Source of the DNA: Alphaproteobacteria bacterium
Lineage (GTDB): Bacteria > Pseudomonadota > Alphaproteobacteria > RF32 > CAG-239
Direction: 5' to 3'
NCBI GenBank assembly: GCA_015062235.1
Contig: SUUZ01000004.1
Span: forward strand, 17,497-81,496
DNA length: 64,000 nt
Shown here piece after piece: positions 50,506 through 60,645 of this stretch. Below the pieces are notes generated by a model. The model worked only from the letters and a program-made list of their open reading frames with translations, had not been told where the DNA came from and made no database searches. Made by a program: the position numbers and the translations under genes. Position 1 is the stretch's first letter. Each line of letters opens with the position of its first letter.

Positions 50506-51068
50506 TATTTAGCTCTTTCAACATAAGATGCATCTGCGGTAGCTACGACAATTTTATCACCTACACCAACAAATGGAGGAACAGCCGTTCTAACACCATT
50601 GTCTAAAATTGCTGGTTTGTATGATGAAGATACTGTTTGACCTTTAATAACAGGCTCTGTTTCGACAACCTCACAAATAACTTGCAGTGGAAGCTCTACA
50701 GAAATTGGCTTACCATCAATAACACTTACTTTAACTTCCATACCATCTGCTAAAAATGGACGAGAATCACCCAAAATATCTGCAGGCATTGCAAATTGTT
50801 CGTAAGTATCGCTTTCCATAAAAGTTAGACCTGTAGCATCTTCATATAAAAATTGACAATCTCTAGTTTCAACCATCAATTTTTCTACCATATCTTCTGT
50901 ACGAAAACGTTCGTTAGTTTTAGTTCCTTCTTCAACAGCCTTCATTTCAACTTGCATAAAAGCACCGCCTTTGCCTGGCTTTACAAAGTTGGTTTTTATA
51001 ACAGTCCAAGGTTTACCTTTGTATTCGATTACCCAACCAATACGAATAGAACCTGCTTGTTGTTTCAT
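50505..51068 (-). CDS. efp: elongation factor P
   Basis: 187 aa. KPGKGGAFMQVEMK matches the EF-P loop around the modified Lys, and the N-terminus MKQQAGSIRIG is typical. Confidence 0.92.
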   Translation of the reverse strand: MKQQAGSIRIGWVIEYKGKPWTVIKTNFVKPGKGGAFMQVEMKAVEEGTKTNERFRTEDMVEKLMVETRDCQFLYEDATGLTFMESDTYEQFAMPADILGDSRPFLADGMEVKVSVIDGKPISVELPLQVICEVVETEPVIKGQTVSSSYKPAILDNGVRTAVPPFVGVGDKIVVATADASYVERAK

Positions 51069-51133
51069 TTATTTTACTCCTTAAAAAATTCTTAAAGCTA
51101 TTTTACTTAGCAAACTAATATATCTAAAGTTTT

Positions 51134-51640
51134 TTAGCAACCAAAATTTTCAAATTTTTTTGTGTCTATAATTATAAAGTCTGTATTAGGTGTGTTTGTT
51201 TGGTTATTGTCATCATTAGCAACCCATGCTACAGGAATTAAAAACAAATCATTATACCATAAAATAATTTCGTCATCTTTATTTGGATTATCACTATAAA
51301 AAGCTATAAAATCTGGCTCAACCTCACCTGCCAACATAGCCTCGTGCCTACGAGCAGGGATTATGACACCTAGGGTCTTTTTCTTTAATGCTTCGCGTAA
51401 ATGTTTAAGTTGTACTTTAACAGGCTTTGAAACATCAATCTCTTTCACTATACCATCAAGATTTAGCTCTTTACATTTTTCGAGAGCCTTATCCCCTATA
51501 GTTAGTACCATTTTTCCAGTAGCTATAGCCTCTTGAAATTTGGATAATGGTAAGCTATCAGATAAAATATAGCAGCTAATATCTGAATTTTTATGGATTA
51601 TATCTTCGTTATTTTTAATAAAAAGGATTATTTGTGGCAT
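51134..51640 (-). CDS. hypothetical protein, distant TMP-TenI (thiamine-phosphate synthase-like) fold
   Basis: GVIIPARRHEAMLAGEVEPDFIAFYSD resembles the ThiE/TenI ..S.H...E...A...GADY..FGP segment; a weak match. Confidence 0.35.
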   Translation of the reverse strand: MPQIILFIKNNEDIIHKNSDISCYILSDSLPLSKFQEAIATGKMVLTIGDKALEKCKELNLDGIVKEIDVSKPVKVQLKHLREALKKKTLGVIIPARRHEAMLAGEVEPDFIAFYSDNPNKDDEIILWYNDLFLIPVAWVANDDNNQTNTPNTDFIIIDTKKFENFGC

Positions 51641-51713
51641 AATTTGCTTTATCTCTTGTAAAAGTTGAACAGATGTTTATTATTGCCTCAATAATAAGGT
51701 AATATTTTTTAAA

Positions 51714-51971
51714 GTGAAAGAAAAATCAGCAATGGATGATAAAATTTTTGATTTTGATAAAACCAGAAATGCTTTGAGCCAAATGTCAACTGATTTGTTG
51801 GAGCTTGAAACAACTATTAGAATAAAAAGTTCAGAAGTTGAAAGTCGCAAAATGGATGCTATTGATAACATTAAAGAAAAGGAACAAAAAATTGCTGAAC
51901 TAACTAAAGCAACTCAGGATGCTTTAGAAAAAATAGATTCTATAAATAATTATATTAGTGAGGTATTATAA
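51714..51971 (+). CDS. ZapA-associated coiled-coil protein (ZauP / DUF4164-like)
   Basis: 85 aa, all coiled-coil, directly upstream of and overlapping zapA, as in Caulobacter zauP-zapA. Confidence 0.55.
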   Translation: MKEKSAMDDKIFDFDKTRNALSQMSTDLLELETTIRIKSSEVESRKMDAIDNIKEKEQKIAELTKATQDALEKIDSINNYISEVL

Positions 51972-52311
51972 AATGGCTCAAGTTACTATAAGCATAAATT
52001 CTCGTGAATATGCTATTGCCTGTGAAGATGGACAAGAATTGAGAATTTTGCAACTGTCTCGAATACTTGACGAAAAAGCAAAACTATTAACTGATGGTTC
52101 AACACAAATAAGTGAAAGTATGCTTTTGGCAATGATTGGGCTTTTGTTGGCTGATGAGTTGAGTGAACTTAAAAAAAATAAAGGAATACCTGAAACAGAT
52201 TCTAAAATTAGTAATGAGAAACTACAAGGAATCGATGATGAATTAGCCGATTTAATAAAAAATTTAAATGACAAAGTAAAAACTCTTGCAAATGAAATAA
52301 AAATGCTATAG
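51958..52311 (+). CDS. zapA: cell division protein ZapA
   Basis: 117 aa. The N-terminus MAQVTISINSREYAIACEDGQE matches the ZapA pattern (..V.I.I.GR.Y...C...Q..). Confidence 0.75.
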   Translation: MRYYKMAQVTISINSREYAIACEDGQELRILQLSRILDEKAKLLTDGSTQISESMLLAMIGLLLADELSELKKNKGIPETDSKISNEKLQGIDDELADLIKNLNDKVKTLANEIKML

Positions 52312-52337
52312 CATTGTCGCATAAGGTTATATTAGAG

Positions 52338-52512
52338 ACTGCGTAGTTCGTAGTTTAAGCAGGTCTTCCGAGCCAACATTACATTTTAGGGAGCTGTCGC
52401 TGAATAGATCGAGGTTTATTTATATGGCACCCACTTATTTGACCCGCGGTTCGTTTCAAGAATGTATATATACGGCTAAACGGTTTCTAGTAATTTTATA
52501 GATATGAACTAC
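52338..52512 (+). ncRNA. ssrS: probable 6S RNA (ssrS)
   Basis: ~175-nt ORF-free, GC-enriched segment directly after zapA (the conserved ssrS location). The ends pair (GUAGUUC/GAACUAC and GUUUAAGC/GGCUAAAC) into a long interrupted hairpin, followed by an intrinsic terminator at 52514-52542. Confidence 0.55.
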
Positions 52513-52513
52513 A

Positions 52514-52542
52514 AACCTCGTTGAAACCAACGAGGTTTTCTT
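52514..52542 (+). terminator. rho-independent terminator after the putative 6S RNA
   Basis: AACCTCGTTG-aaac-CAACGAGGTT followed by TTCTT. Confidence 0.7.
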
Positions 52543-52568
52543 ATACAACAATTGATAGGAATTTCATA

Positions 52569-53357
52569 GTGAGAATTGTTTATTTAGGTGATATTGTTGC
52601 ACGTTCGGGTCGTGAGGCTGTTAAAAATGCTATTCCTTTATTGAAGCAAAATTATAAGTTTGATGCTTTGATTGTAAATGTTGATAACGCAGCCCATGGT
52701 TTTGGTTGTTCTCCTAAGATATGCAATCAATTACTTAATGCTGGTGTATCGGCTATTGTTACAGGTGATCATGTATGGAATCAAAAGGATATTATCCCAT
52801 TTTTAGATGACAACAAAAGAATTGTTAGACCAATAAATCACTCTGCTAATCTTGCTGGAACTGGTGCAAAAGAAATTCCTCTAGACAGTGGTAAAAAAAT
52901 ATTAGTAGTTGAAGTAGTGGGACGTGTTTTTATGGAAGCTGTGGACTGTCCTTTACAAGCTTTAGATAATCTTTTATTGGAATATAATTTAGCAAAAAAT
53001 ATTGATGCTATTTTTGTTGATATTCACGCTGAAGCAACAGCAGAAAAACAAGCTTTTGCAAGATATTTTGATGGAAGAGTTTCTGCTGTAATAGGATCTC
53101 ATACCCATGTACCTACTAGTGATGCTTGTATATTACCTAAAGGAACAGCTTATCAAACTGATGCTGGTATGTGTGGAGATTATAATAGTGTTATTGGTTT
53201 TGATGAAAAATCACCAATTGAACGATTAAAAAATAGGTTTTCACCTCATCGTTTGGAACCAGCGACAGGTACAGGAACTGTTTTTGGTACATTTATAGAA
53301 ACAGATGATAGAAGTGGATTAGCCATTAAAATTGAGCAGATAAAAATTAGTCAATAA
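52569..53357 (+). CDS. YmdB-like metallophosphoesterase (TIGR00282 family, 2',3'-cNMP phosphodiesterase-like)
   Basis: RIVYLGDIVARSGREAV..., GDHVWN and HAEATAEK match YmdB-family motifs. GTG start chosen at 52569 after a TAGGA SD; the ORF-track TTG at 52521 lies inside the terminator. Confidence 0.75.
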   Translation: MRIVYLGDIVARSGREAVKNAIPLLKQNYKFDALIVNVDNAAHGFGCSPKICNQLLNAGVSAIVTGDHVWNQKDIIPFLDDNKRIVRPINHSANLAGTGAKEIPLDSGKKILVVEVVGRVFMEAVDCPLQALDNLLLEYNLAKNIDAIFVDIHAEATAEKQAFARYFDGRVSAVIGSHTHVPTSDACILPKGTAYQTDAGMCGDYNSVIGFDEKSPIERLKNRFSPHRLEPATGTGTVFGTFIETDDRSGLAIKIEQIKISQ

Positions 53358-54507
53358 TTGAACTTCCATATGGTATTTCTTTACCAATTCCCTGTTCTAT
53401 ATCTTCAAAATAAACAAAACCTATCTCTCCATTGTCAATCATTACCCTTGCCCATACTTTATCTGGAGTATATCCTGTAAGACGGACGGTTGTGTTATCT
53501 TTAAGCACTTTAATGATATCAAATTCATCCGATGGACCATACATTATCTTGCTTTCTTTCTTCAAATGGTACAACCCTGATATGTCGGATTTATTAACTG
53601 CTACACTTACTATTTTTCCAACAACAACATCATCAACGCTACGCCCTCTCTTACCAAAATCTACTGTTTGATAATAGTCTATTTTTTTATTTTTTGAAAA
53701 TATAGACCACAACTCGCTCTCTGTAACATTTAGAACTCCACCAACTGATGAGAAAAATAATAATACAAACATTGCTATTGGCACAATTAGTTGAGCTAAA
53801 CGTAGATTTAAAACGTTCCAATCTTTCGGTTTTACTGTTTTTACGCCTAAATTCGCAATAAATCTGTCAATATAGCTTTTTTCTATGGAATTAAGATGTT
53901 CTTTGGCTCTTAGTGCGCATTTGGTCGATGCTAAATTTTCACCCTCTTTAGCATATGCAATCATATTATGAATTAATAAACGCAAACTTTCTTTTTCTGA
54001 TATTGGATTTTTAAGATTATTTATTATTGCTTTGAAATTTCTTATAAACGTTTTATGATGCCACCAACCCAACAACCAATTTTTAGCTGAAATAATAGCG
54101 CTAAGCTTTAACGCTTCACGATAATTAGCTATTTTGGTTTTGTTATCATATTTGTATCCTGTAATCCATGATTGAAAACTCTCAAGCGTTAGTGCGTTGA
54201 CATCTACTCCATTACCATCGTCTTTGTACGGGGTTATTGTTTCCATGTCTGGATAATTTGAAGCTTGATATACTAATGACATAATATCATAAATTAATCT
54301 GCTTTTATTATCACCCAATATGTCATAAGCAACTGATAATTTTTGAAAAAAATCAGTTGTATCTTTATCTTGATTATTATCTGGGTGCCAAATCTTTGCT
54401 AAATCACGATAAGAACGTTTTATAGTTTCAGAGTCAGCATCTGTCGCAACTTGTAGAATTTGATAATAGCTTAGTACATCTTTCATATTAGATATAAATT
54501 CCTTCAT
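53347..54507 (-). CDS. J-domain (DnaJ-like) inner-membrane protein, last gene of the flagellar operon
   Basis: N-terminal J domain with HPD (YYQILQV...IWHPDNN), one TM helix around residue 240, and a C-terminal domain of unknown function. It overlaps the upstream gene by 20 nt. Confidence 0.7.
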   Translation of the reverse strand: MKEFISNMKDVLSYYQILQVATDADSETIKRSYRDLAKIWHPDNNQDKDTTDFFQKLSVAYDILGDNKSRLIYDIMSLVYQASNYPDMETITPYKDDGNGVDVNALTLESFQSWITGYKYDNKTKIANYREALKLSAIISAKNWLLGWWHHKTFIRNFKAIINNLKNPISEKESLRLLIHNMIAYAKEGENLASTKCALRAKEHLNSIEKSYIDRFIANLGVKTVKPKDWNVLNLRLAQLIVPIAMFVLLFFSSVGGVLNVTESELWSIFSKNKKIDYYQTVDFGKRGRSVDDVVVGKIVSVAVNKSDISGLYHLKKESKIMYGPSDEFDIIKVLKDNTTVRLTGYTPDKVWARVMIDNGEIGFVYFEDIEQGIGKEIPYGSSIID

Positions 54508-56017
54508 TTATTATGTTAGTATCTTGCAAATTAATAAAATTTTCTTGCCTATTTATTTTAATTGTTCCTGAATAATCCAGATTATAAAGAGACTTTTTAA
54601 ATAAATTGATAATATTTGAACAAAAATCATCAGGTAATAATGAACTAGTTCTAATAACTAAATCTAAGTTTCGTTTAGCTATATTAGAAAAACCATCAAA
54701 CTGAAAACTTCCTAATTTGGAAAATTCTGTTTCAACAATAAACCTTGTACCATTTTGCTTTTTGTGTTTAGTTTTTTTAGAATTACTAGAATCTTTTTTT
54801 ACTGCTAACTTAAGCGTATTTATTTGACTTCCATCAAATATTGGCATTTCAACAATGCGCCAAGATGATGTTTCTTTTAGTGCTGTTGAAACAAAATTGT
54901 TAAGTTCTGAAATAACTTTTATTTCTGTAGGATTATTGTGACTAATATTTTTTAGTGTATCCTTGCCTAGCCATTTAGATATATCACCTTTTGTTGCTGC
55001 CTGATAAAAATTGTAGATATTTTCAAATAAATTATTAGGCTGAAAAGGAAGTTTAGAAAAAACAATATTTAAAATATTAGTAGGTATTTCTGCTGATAAT
55101 CTTAGTAAAGGTTTTGAATTTTCGGAGTGCATAATGTGTTCAAAATCAACTACATTCTTGTTCTCTGGAAGTATTATTTTAATAAGATTATCAATAAACT
55201 GTAAATTCATTTGAGGAGATGATATTTTGCTTGAAATATTTACTATGACATTTTCATTAAGAGGAAGTTTTACTTTAGAATTAAAAAAAGCATCTCCTAG
55301 AATGGTTTTTACTGTAGTAGTATCATTAACTCTTTTAGTAATCTTTCCATCAATTTGTTGACCAATTAAATTATTTACCTCTGTTTCAAGTTGTGGTTTT
55401 AGAGAAACTAAACTTTCAGGATTAGTAGCAATCTGGCGAATAATATTCTGCAATGGTTGCAATATTAATTTATTATCTTGAGATATCTTACTTCCTACTT
55501 TAGTAATATTGGCATTTATTGCACCAACAATCTCTATAATTTGTTGCTTAATATTTGAAGAAACTTTTATATCTTGTAAAGTAGTATCAACAAATTGTTT
55601 AAGCTTTATCGGAGATAGTTCTACATCTATATTGATACTTTTATCATTAGGTGTTGAGAATGATAGGTGATTAGTAGTTATTTGTTCTTGTGGTAATAAA
55701 GATTGTGTTTTTTCAGGTAAAAATTGAGGGTATAAACGTCCAGAAGCGCCTATTTTTACAGGTATATTTATAACACTATTTTCAGTTGAATTTAATATTA
55801 GTGAATTTTTTAATTCAACTAAAAATACCTTATTATCAATTAATAAATTATGGGATATTTTACCATCTTTATTAATTAATACTTCGAGTATGGCACTCTT
55901 ATTGTCTTGCATTATAGCAAGAAGCTCTGGAGATGGCTTAGCTATTTGTATAATCGGAAAATTTTCTGATGTTGGCAAAAGATTATTTATATTAAAAAAA
56001 CTAATTAGATTGTTCAT
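54488..56017 (-). CDS. hypothetical protein co-transcribed with flagellar genes (509 aa, Asn/Ile/Ser-rich)
   Basis: Overlaps both neighbours. No GTPase motifs (so not FlhF). Possibly a FliK-like or lineage-specific flagellar protein. Confidence 0.5.
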   Translation of the reverse strand: MNNLISFFNINNLLPTSENFPIIQIAKPSPELLAIMQDNKSAILEVLINKDGKISHNLLIDNKVFLVELKNSLILNSTENSVINIPVKIGASGRLYPQFLPEKTQSLLPQEQITTNHLSFSTPNDKSINIDVELSPIKLKQFVDTTLQDIKVSSNIKQQIIEIVGAINANITKVGSKISQDNKLILQPLQNIIRQIATNPESLVSLKPQLETEVNNLIGQQIDGKITKRVNDTTTVKTILGDAFFNSKVKLPLNENVIVNISSKISSPQMNLQFIDNLIKIILPENKNVVDFEHIMHSENSKPLLRLSAEIPTNILNIVFSKLPFQPNNLFENIYNFYQAATKGDISKWLGKDTLKNISHNNPTEIKVISELNNFVSTALKETSSWRIVEMPIFDGSQINTLKLAVKKDSSNSKKTKHKKQNGTRFIVETEFSKLGSFQFDGFSNIAKRNLDLVIRTSSLLPDDFCSNIINLFKKSLYNLDYSGTIKINRQENFINLQDTNIINEGIYI

Positions 56018-56810
56018 TCTTTAAAATCCTTTGTGCAACAGAAATAATATCTAAAGCTGCTTCAGATTGAGGATAACGGCTAATAATTGTACTCTGGTTT
56101 CTAATAGAATCGCGTACACGAGTATCTTGGCGTATGATTCCTAAAAGAGGGGGCGATATTTTTAAAAATTCACGACAAGCTTTATCTAATATCTGATACG
56201 CTCGCATTCCCTCCTCTATTGAATTTACTTGATTGATAACAACATTTATAGATGTTCTTGGATTACGTGTTGTTATTAGTTTAATTAGGGCATAGTTATC
56301 CGTTATTGATTGGGGCTCATCAGTACAAATGATAATAGCTGACTGACACATACTAACTAAAACCTTTGCTGAATTTGCTGGGCCAGAACTCGTATCTAAA
56401 ATCATTTTATCATAATTTTGTGCCCAAATATTTAAGTCATCGCCTAATATTTGTAGCCGACCAATAGACATTGTTGATAATCCTGACGAACCAGGGTTAC
56501 CTATGGCAATGTCAAAATGACCTTTATCATAATTAAAAACCACCTGATTAAGGCTTTTATTTCCATAAATAACTGCGTCAAGATCATTAGCAAAATCAAG
56601 TCCTAACTGTATCTTGGTATTATTTAACCCACAATCACCATCAAACAATATAACCTTTTGTTTGAATAAACTTAAAGCATGAGCTAAATTAATTGAAAAC
56701 CAAGTTTTGCCACTTCCTCTACGACCAGAAACTACTGCAATCATATTTTTACCTTTATTGGCAGAAGCTTCCTCGGCTAGTATTGCAGAATTTATCTCAC
56801 TATTTGTCAT
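56001..56810 (-). CDS. MinD/ParA-family ATPase, FlhG/FleN-like, with deviant Walker A (SGRRGSGKT)
   Basis: 269 aa with a ParA/MinD fold and Walker A VVSGRRGSGKTW in place of the canonical SGKGGVGKT. It sits directly after flhA. Confidence 0.65.
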   Translation of the reverse strand: MTNSEINSAILAEEASANKGKNMIAVVSGRRGSGKTWFSINLAHALSLFKQKVILFDGDCGLNNTKIQLGLDFANDLDAVIYGNKSLNQVVFNYDKGHFDIAIGNPGSSGLSTMSIGRLQILGDDLNIWAQNYDKMILDTSSGPANSAKVLVSMCQSAIIICTDEPQSITDNYALIKLITTRNPRTSINVVINQVNSIEEGMRAYQILDKACREFLKISPPLLGIIRQDTRVRDSIRNQSTIISRYPQSEAALDIISVAQRILKNEQSN

Positions 56811-56815
56811 GATTT

Positions 56816-58933
56816 TTATATTTGACCTACAGTTTTAATTTTGGCTTTGGGATGAATCTCATTTTGTGACATTACTACACTTAGCGGACGGAAACGTTCA
56901 ATTATTGAGCGGACAAAAGGTCTTATATTAGGACTTGTTAATATTACAGGACTTTCACCTTTAACTGCTAAATCTTCTAAAATATTACGAACTTTTGTAA
57001 TAAAAGACTGCAACATAGTTGGTGCCATAGCCAGTTGTTTATCATCTCCATCTCCGATTATTGCTTGAGCAAAATTTTGTTCCCATTCTGCTGATAAAGG
57101 AACAAGCGATATAACGCCAAACTCATTAGCATAAGCATTTGATAACTGACGAGATAGACGAGCTCTAACGTGCTCAGTTATTAACATTAAGCTATGTGTT
57201 GTAGTAACAGCTTCGGATATTCCCTCTAAAATAGTTGGCAAATCACGAATTGATACACGTTCTTGTAACAAGTTTTTAAGAATACGCTGTACAGCTGCCA
57301 AGCTAATTTTATTAGGAATTAAATCTTTAACTAGTTTTTGGTGTTCTTTATCCAGTTCATCCAATAATTTTTGGGTTTCGGCATAAGATAATAATTCTGG
57401 CATATTTTCTTTAACTAGTTCTGTAATATGAGTTGTTACAACGGTAGCTGGATCTACTACGGTATATCCTCTAAACATTGCCTCTTCACGATATGAAGGA
57501 TCTATCCACATTGCTTTTAAACCAAACGTTGGTTCTGATGTTTCTTCACCTGGTAAATTAATTCGGTCTCCTCTCGGATCCATAACTAGTAACTGAGTTG
57601 GTCGTAATTCACCTCTACCTGATTTAACCTCCTTTATATAGATATTGTATTCATTTGCTTCTAGTTGCATATTGTCTTGAATACGGATTGAAGGCATTAC
57701 AAATCCTAGCTCTGATGCTAGAGCTCTGCGCAAGGCTTTTATTTGGTCGGTTAATTTACGATTAGTATCTTCATTAATTAATGGTAATAATCCATAACCA
57801 ATTTCAAGTCTAATTAAATCAACCTTTAAAACATTAGCTATTGGTTCATCTGTCATTTTACTTATAGCAGATTGCTTTTGCTCTTGCTCCATAACAGCTT
57901 GAGCTTGTGCAACTTGCTCTTGTTGACGTTTTTGAAGATAATAAGCTGTACTTCCTGTTAAAACAGCTAAAATAACAAATGGAATAGCAGGTGTTCCTGG
58001 TAACATTCCTAGAGCAACAGCCAAACCTGAACTCATACCTAATGCTTTAGGATAATTGGCTACTTGTTCAAACAAAACTTTATCTGTTGATTCTGTCATA
58101 CCTGCTTTAGAAACCAGAATACCCGCAGCAACAGATACTATCAAAGCGGGAACTTGACTTACTAAACCATCACCAACAGTTAGTCTTGTATAAGTTTCAC
58201 TTGCTTCAGAAAATCCCATATCATTTTGAACCATACCTATAATAATACCAGCAATGATATTAATAAAGGTAATCAATAAACCAGCTATAGCGTCTCCTCG
58301 TACAAACTTAGAAGCACCATCCATAGCTCCATAAAAGGAACTTTCTTTTGATAAATCTTCTCTTCGTTGCTTTGCTTCTTCTTCGTTTATTAACCCTGAA
58401 GATAAATCAGCATCTATTGCCATTTGTTTGCCTGGCATAGCATCTAAAGCAAAACGAGCAGCAACTTCAGCAATACGTCCTGAACCTTTGGTAATAACAA
58501 TGAAATTTACTAAAACTAAAATAGCGAAAACAATTACACCTATAACAAAATTGTTTCCCATAATAAAACCACCAAATGCCTTAATTACCTCACCTGCAGC
58601 ATCTGGTCCCATATATCCTCTAGATAAAATGAGTCTTGTTGATGCCAAGTTTAAAGCTAAACGAAACATTGTGGTTATTAATAAAACTAGAGGAAATGCG
58701 CTAAATTCTATAGGCCGCTCAATAAATATTGCCATCATTAAAACAACACATGACATAGTTATTGACAATGCCAAAGATATATCCAAGAGCCATACAGGCA
58801 TTGGCATAATTAATATAACTAGCATTAAAATTATTGCTAAAGCAAACAATAAATCACCGCGCTTGGCCGAGTTTAAGAACATATCCTTAAACGATAAACC
58901 AAGACTATTTATTGCTGTAGGTTGTTTTGCCAT
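56816..58933 (-). CDS. flhA: flagellar biosynthesis protein FlhA
   Basis: 705 aa with 8 N-terminal TM helices and a FHIPEP motif region, plus the large cytoplasmic domain typical of FlhA. Confidence 0.92.
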   Translation of the reverse strand: MAKQPTAINSLGLSFKDMFLNSAKRGDLLFALAIILMLVILIMPMPVWLLDISLALSITMSCVVLMMAIFIERPIEFSAFPLVLLITTMFRLALNLASTRLILSRGYMGPDAAGEVIKAFGGFIMGNNFVIGVIVFAILVLVNFIVITKGSGRIAEVAARFALDAMPGKQMAIDADLSSGLINEEEAKQRREDLSKESSFYGAMDGASKFVRGDAIAGLLITFINIIAGIIIGMVQNDMGFSEASETYTRLTVGDGLVSQVPALIVSVAAGILVSKAGMTESTDKVLFEQVANYPKALGMSSGLAVALGMLPGTPAIPFVILAVLTGSTAYYLQKRQQEQVAQAQAVMEQEQKQSAISKMTDEPIANVLKVDLIRLEIGYGLLPLINEDTNRKLTDQIKALRRALASELGFVMPSIRIQDNMQLEANEYNIYIKEVKSGRGELRPTQLLVMDPRGDRINLPGEETSEPTFGLKAMWIDPSYREEAMFRGYTVVDPATVVTTHITELVKENMPELLSYAETQKLLDELDKEHQKLVKDLIPNKISLAAVQRILKNLLQERVSIRDLPTILEGISEAVTTTHSLMLITEHVRARLSRQLSNAYANEFGVISLVPLSAEWEQNFAQAIIGDGDDKQLAMAPTMLQSFITKVRNILEDLAVKGESPVILTSPNIRPFVRSIIERFRPLSVVMSQNEIHPKAKIKTVGQI

Positions 58934-58948
58934 TTATGTCTGCAGTCC

Positions 58949-60256
58949 TTAATTTGATGAAGGGATATTGTATCCCTCCTCCTGATATTGTTTTAGCTTA
59001 TTGCGTAGTGTACGAATAGATATGCCCAAAATAGTAGCCGCTGTAGAACGGTTCCAAGAAGTGTTTTCAAGAGTATCCAGTATAAGTTTACGTTCTACTG
59101 CTGCAACGGTTTGTCCTACTTGAGATGGTGCTATTTCATTATTGCCTTTTATTGCTGTTTTATCTTGTAATATAACAGCATTTTCATCAATTTCTTCACC
59201 TGTTGAAAGCAATACTGCACGATGCATTGTATTCTCTAGTTCTCGAACATTTCCTGGCCATAGATAGTTTAAAAGCATTTCTTCTGCCTTTGATGATAAA
59301 TCCTTCATAGGCAAATCATTAAGTTCAGAATATTTTTTAATAAAGTGTTTTGCTAAAACTATAATATCACCTGGTCTATCTTTTAGATCGGGAATATTTA
59401 AATTAATGACATTTAAGCGATAATATAAGTCTTGACGAAAAGTTCCATCTGCAACACATTTTTCAAGGTTGCGATTTGATGTAGCAATGATACGTGTGTC
59501 AACTTTTATTGGAGCTTTACCTCCTAATCTATCTATTTCTTTTTCTTGAATTGCACGTAGTAGTTTTGCCTGTAAACCTATGTCCATTTCAGATATTTCA
59601 TCAAGCAATAATGTACCGTTTGATGCTTCTTCAAATTTACCTATACGCCTAGCAACTGCTCCTGTAAAAGCACCTTTTTCATAGCCAAACAGCTCTGATT
59701 CCAACAGTGCTTCTGGTATAGCTGCACAGTTTACAGCAACAAATTTTTGGTTTGCCCTTTTAGAATTATCATGAACAAATCGTGAAAAAATTTCTTTACC
59801 TGTACCTGACGAACCAGTTAATAAAACGCTAGCTTCAGATGGTGCTATTTGCTTGGCCATTTTTAAAATAGCTTCGGTTTTTTTATCGCCATATATAAGA
59901 GCGTGATTTTCTCGTGTTGCAGCAGCCAATACAGCTCCAATTAATTCTGGATCAGGAGGGAGAGGGATATATTCTCTAGCTCCAGCTTTAATTGCTTTTA
60001 CAGCCAAAGATGTATCGTTAGCTACGCCACAAGCAACGACCAAAACATTAATACGTGCATTCTCTAAAGAAGAAATAAGTTTGTGTACATCTAAGGTTAC
60101 ATCTACCATAACTAATTCTATAGTTTTGCCAGAACATAAAATATCTAAAGCTGCTTCTACACTATCAGCCAAAGATACTTGTCCTCCTTTGGATATGGCA
60201 ATTTTACTTGCTGCACCAATTTGTCCATTTAATGTTCCGACAATAAGTAGCTCCAT
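58949..60256 (-). CDS. flbD: sigma54-dependent transcriptional activator, FlbD-like (receiver-AAA+-HTH)
   Basis: GSSGTGKE Walker A, GAFTGA sigma54-contact motif, ESELFGYEKGAFTGA and a C-terminal Fis-type HTH. Its position after fliN matches the Caulobacter fliF-fliG-flbE-fliN-flbD operon. Confidence 0.8.
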   Translation of the reverse strand: MELLIVGTLNGQIGAASKIAISKGGQVSLADSVEAALDILCSGKTIELVMVDVTLDVHKLISSLENARINVLVVACGVANDTSLAVKAIKAGAREYIPLPPDPELIGAVLAAATRENHALIYGDKKTEAILKMAKQIAPSEASVLLTGSSGTGKEIFSRFVHDNSKRANQKFVAVNCAAIPEALLESELFGYEKGAFTGAVARRIGKFEEASNGTLLLDEISEMDIGLQAKLLRAIQEKEIDRLGGKAPIKVDTRIIATSNRNLEKCVADGTFRQDLYYRLNVINLNIPDLKDRPGDIIVLAKHFIKKYSELNDLPMKDLSSKAEEMLLNYLWPGNVRELENTMHRAVLLSTGEEIDENAVILQDKTAIKGNNEIAPSQVGQTVAAVERKLILDTLENTSWNRSTAATILGISIRTLRNKLKQYQEEGYNIPSSN

Positions 60257-60267
60257 ATCTATTAACC

Positions 60268-60645
60268 CTATTTATTACTTGCTTTAACAATTTCGGTCAT
60301 AGTAATGCCTAGCTTGTCATCAACCACCACTACTTCTCCTCGAGCAACTAAACTATTGTTAACATAAATGTCTATAGCCTCGCCAACTTTGCGATCTAAT
60401 TCAATTATTGCTCCTTTATTAAGTTTCATTAATTGACTAACTTTCATACTTGTTTTACCAAGAACAGCCGAAACTTTTACTGGAATATTATAAACAGCCT
60501 CTAAATCTGAGGTTGAAGTTGGAATATCAAAATCTTCTACTCCTACATCTTTGCGCAAAATTGGTTCATCATCCAATACTGATGTTTCACTAATTTCATC
60601 TAATTCTAAATTATTATCCATTTTCCCTCTCTTCTGTATTATCAT
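60268..60645 (-). CDS. fliN: flagellar motor switch protein FliN
   Basis: 125 aa with a SpoA/FliN C-terminal domain (..VSQLMKLNKGAIIELDRKVGEAIDIYVNNSLVARGEVVVVDDKLGITMTEIV). Confidence 0.85.
   Translation of the reverse strand: MIIQKRGKMDNNLELDEISETSVLDDEPILRKDVGVEDFDIPTSTSDLEAVYNIPVKVSAVLGKTSMKVSQLMKLNKGAIIELDRKVGEAIDIYVNNSLVARGEVVVVDDKLGITMTEIVKASNK

Noticed and set aside
52420-52440. TGGCAC-N5-TATTTG resembling a sigma54 -24/-12 promoter
   Set aside because: The -12 element lacks the GC dinucleotide. It lies inside the putative 6S RNA and there is no downstream sigma54-type target gene in the right orientation.
54488-56017. 509-aa protein after the FlhG-like gene as FlhF
   Set aside because: No SRP-type GTPase G1-G4 motifs (no GxxxxGK[ST]) anywhere in the sequence, so only synteny supports it. 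Left as an unknown flagellar-associated protein.
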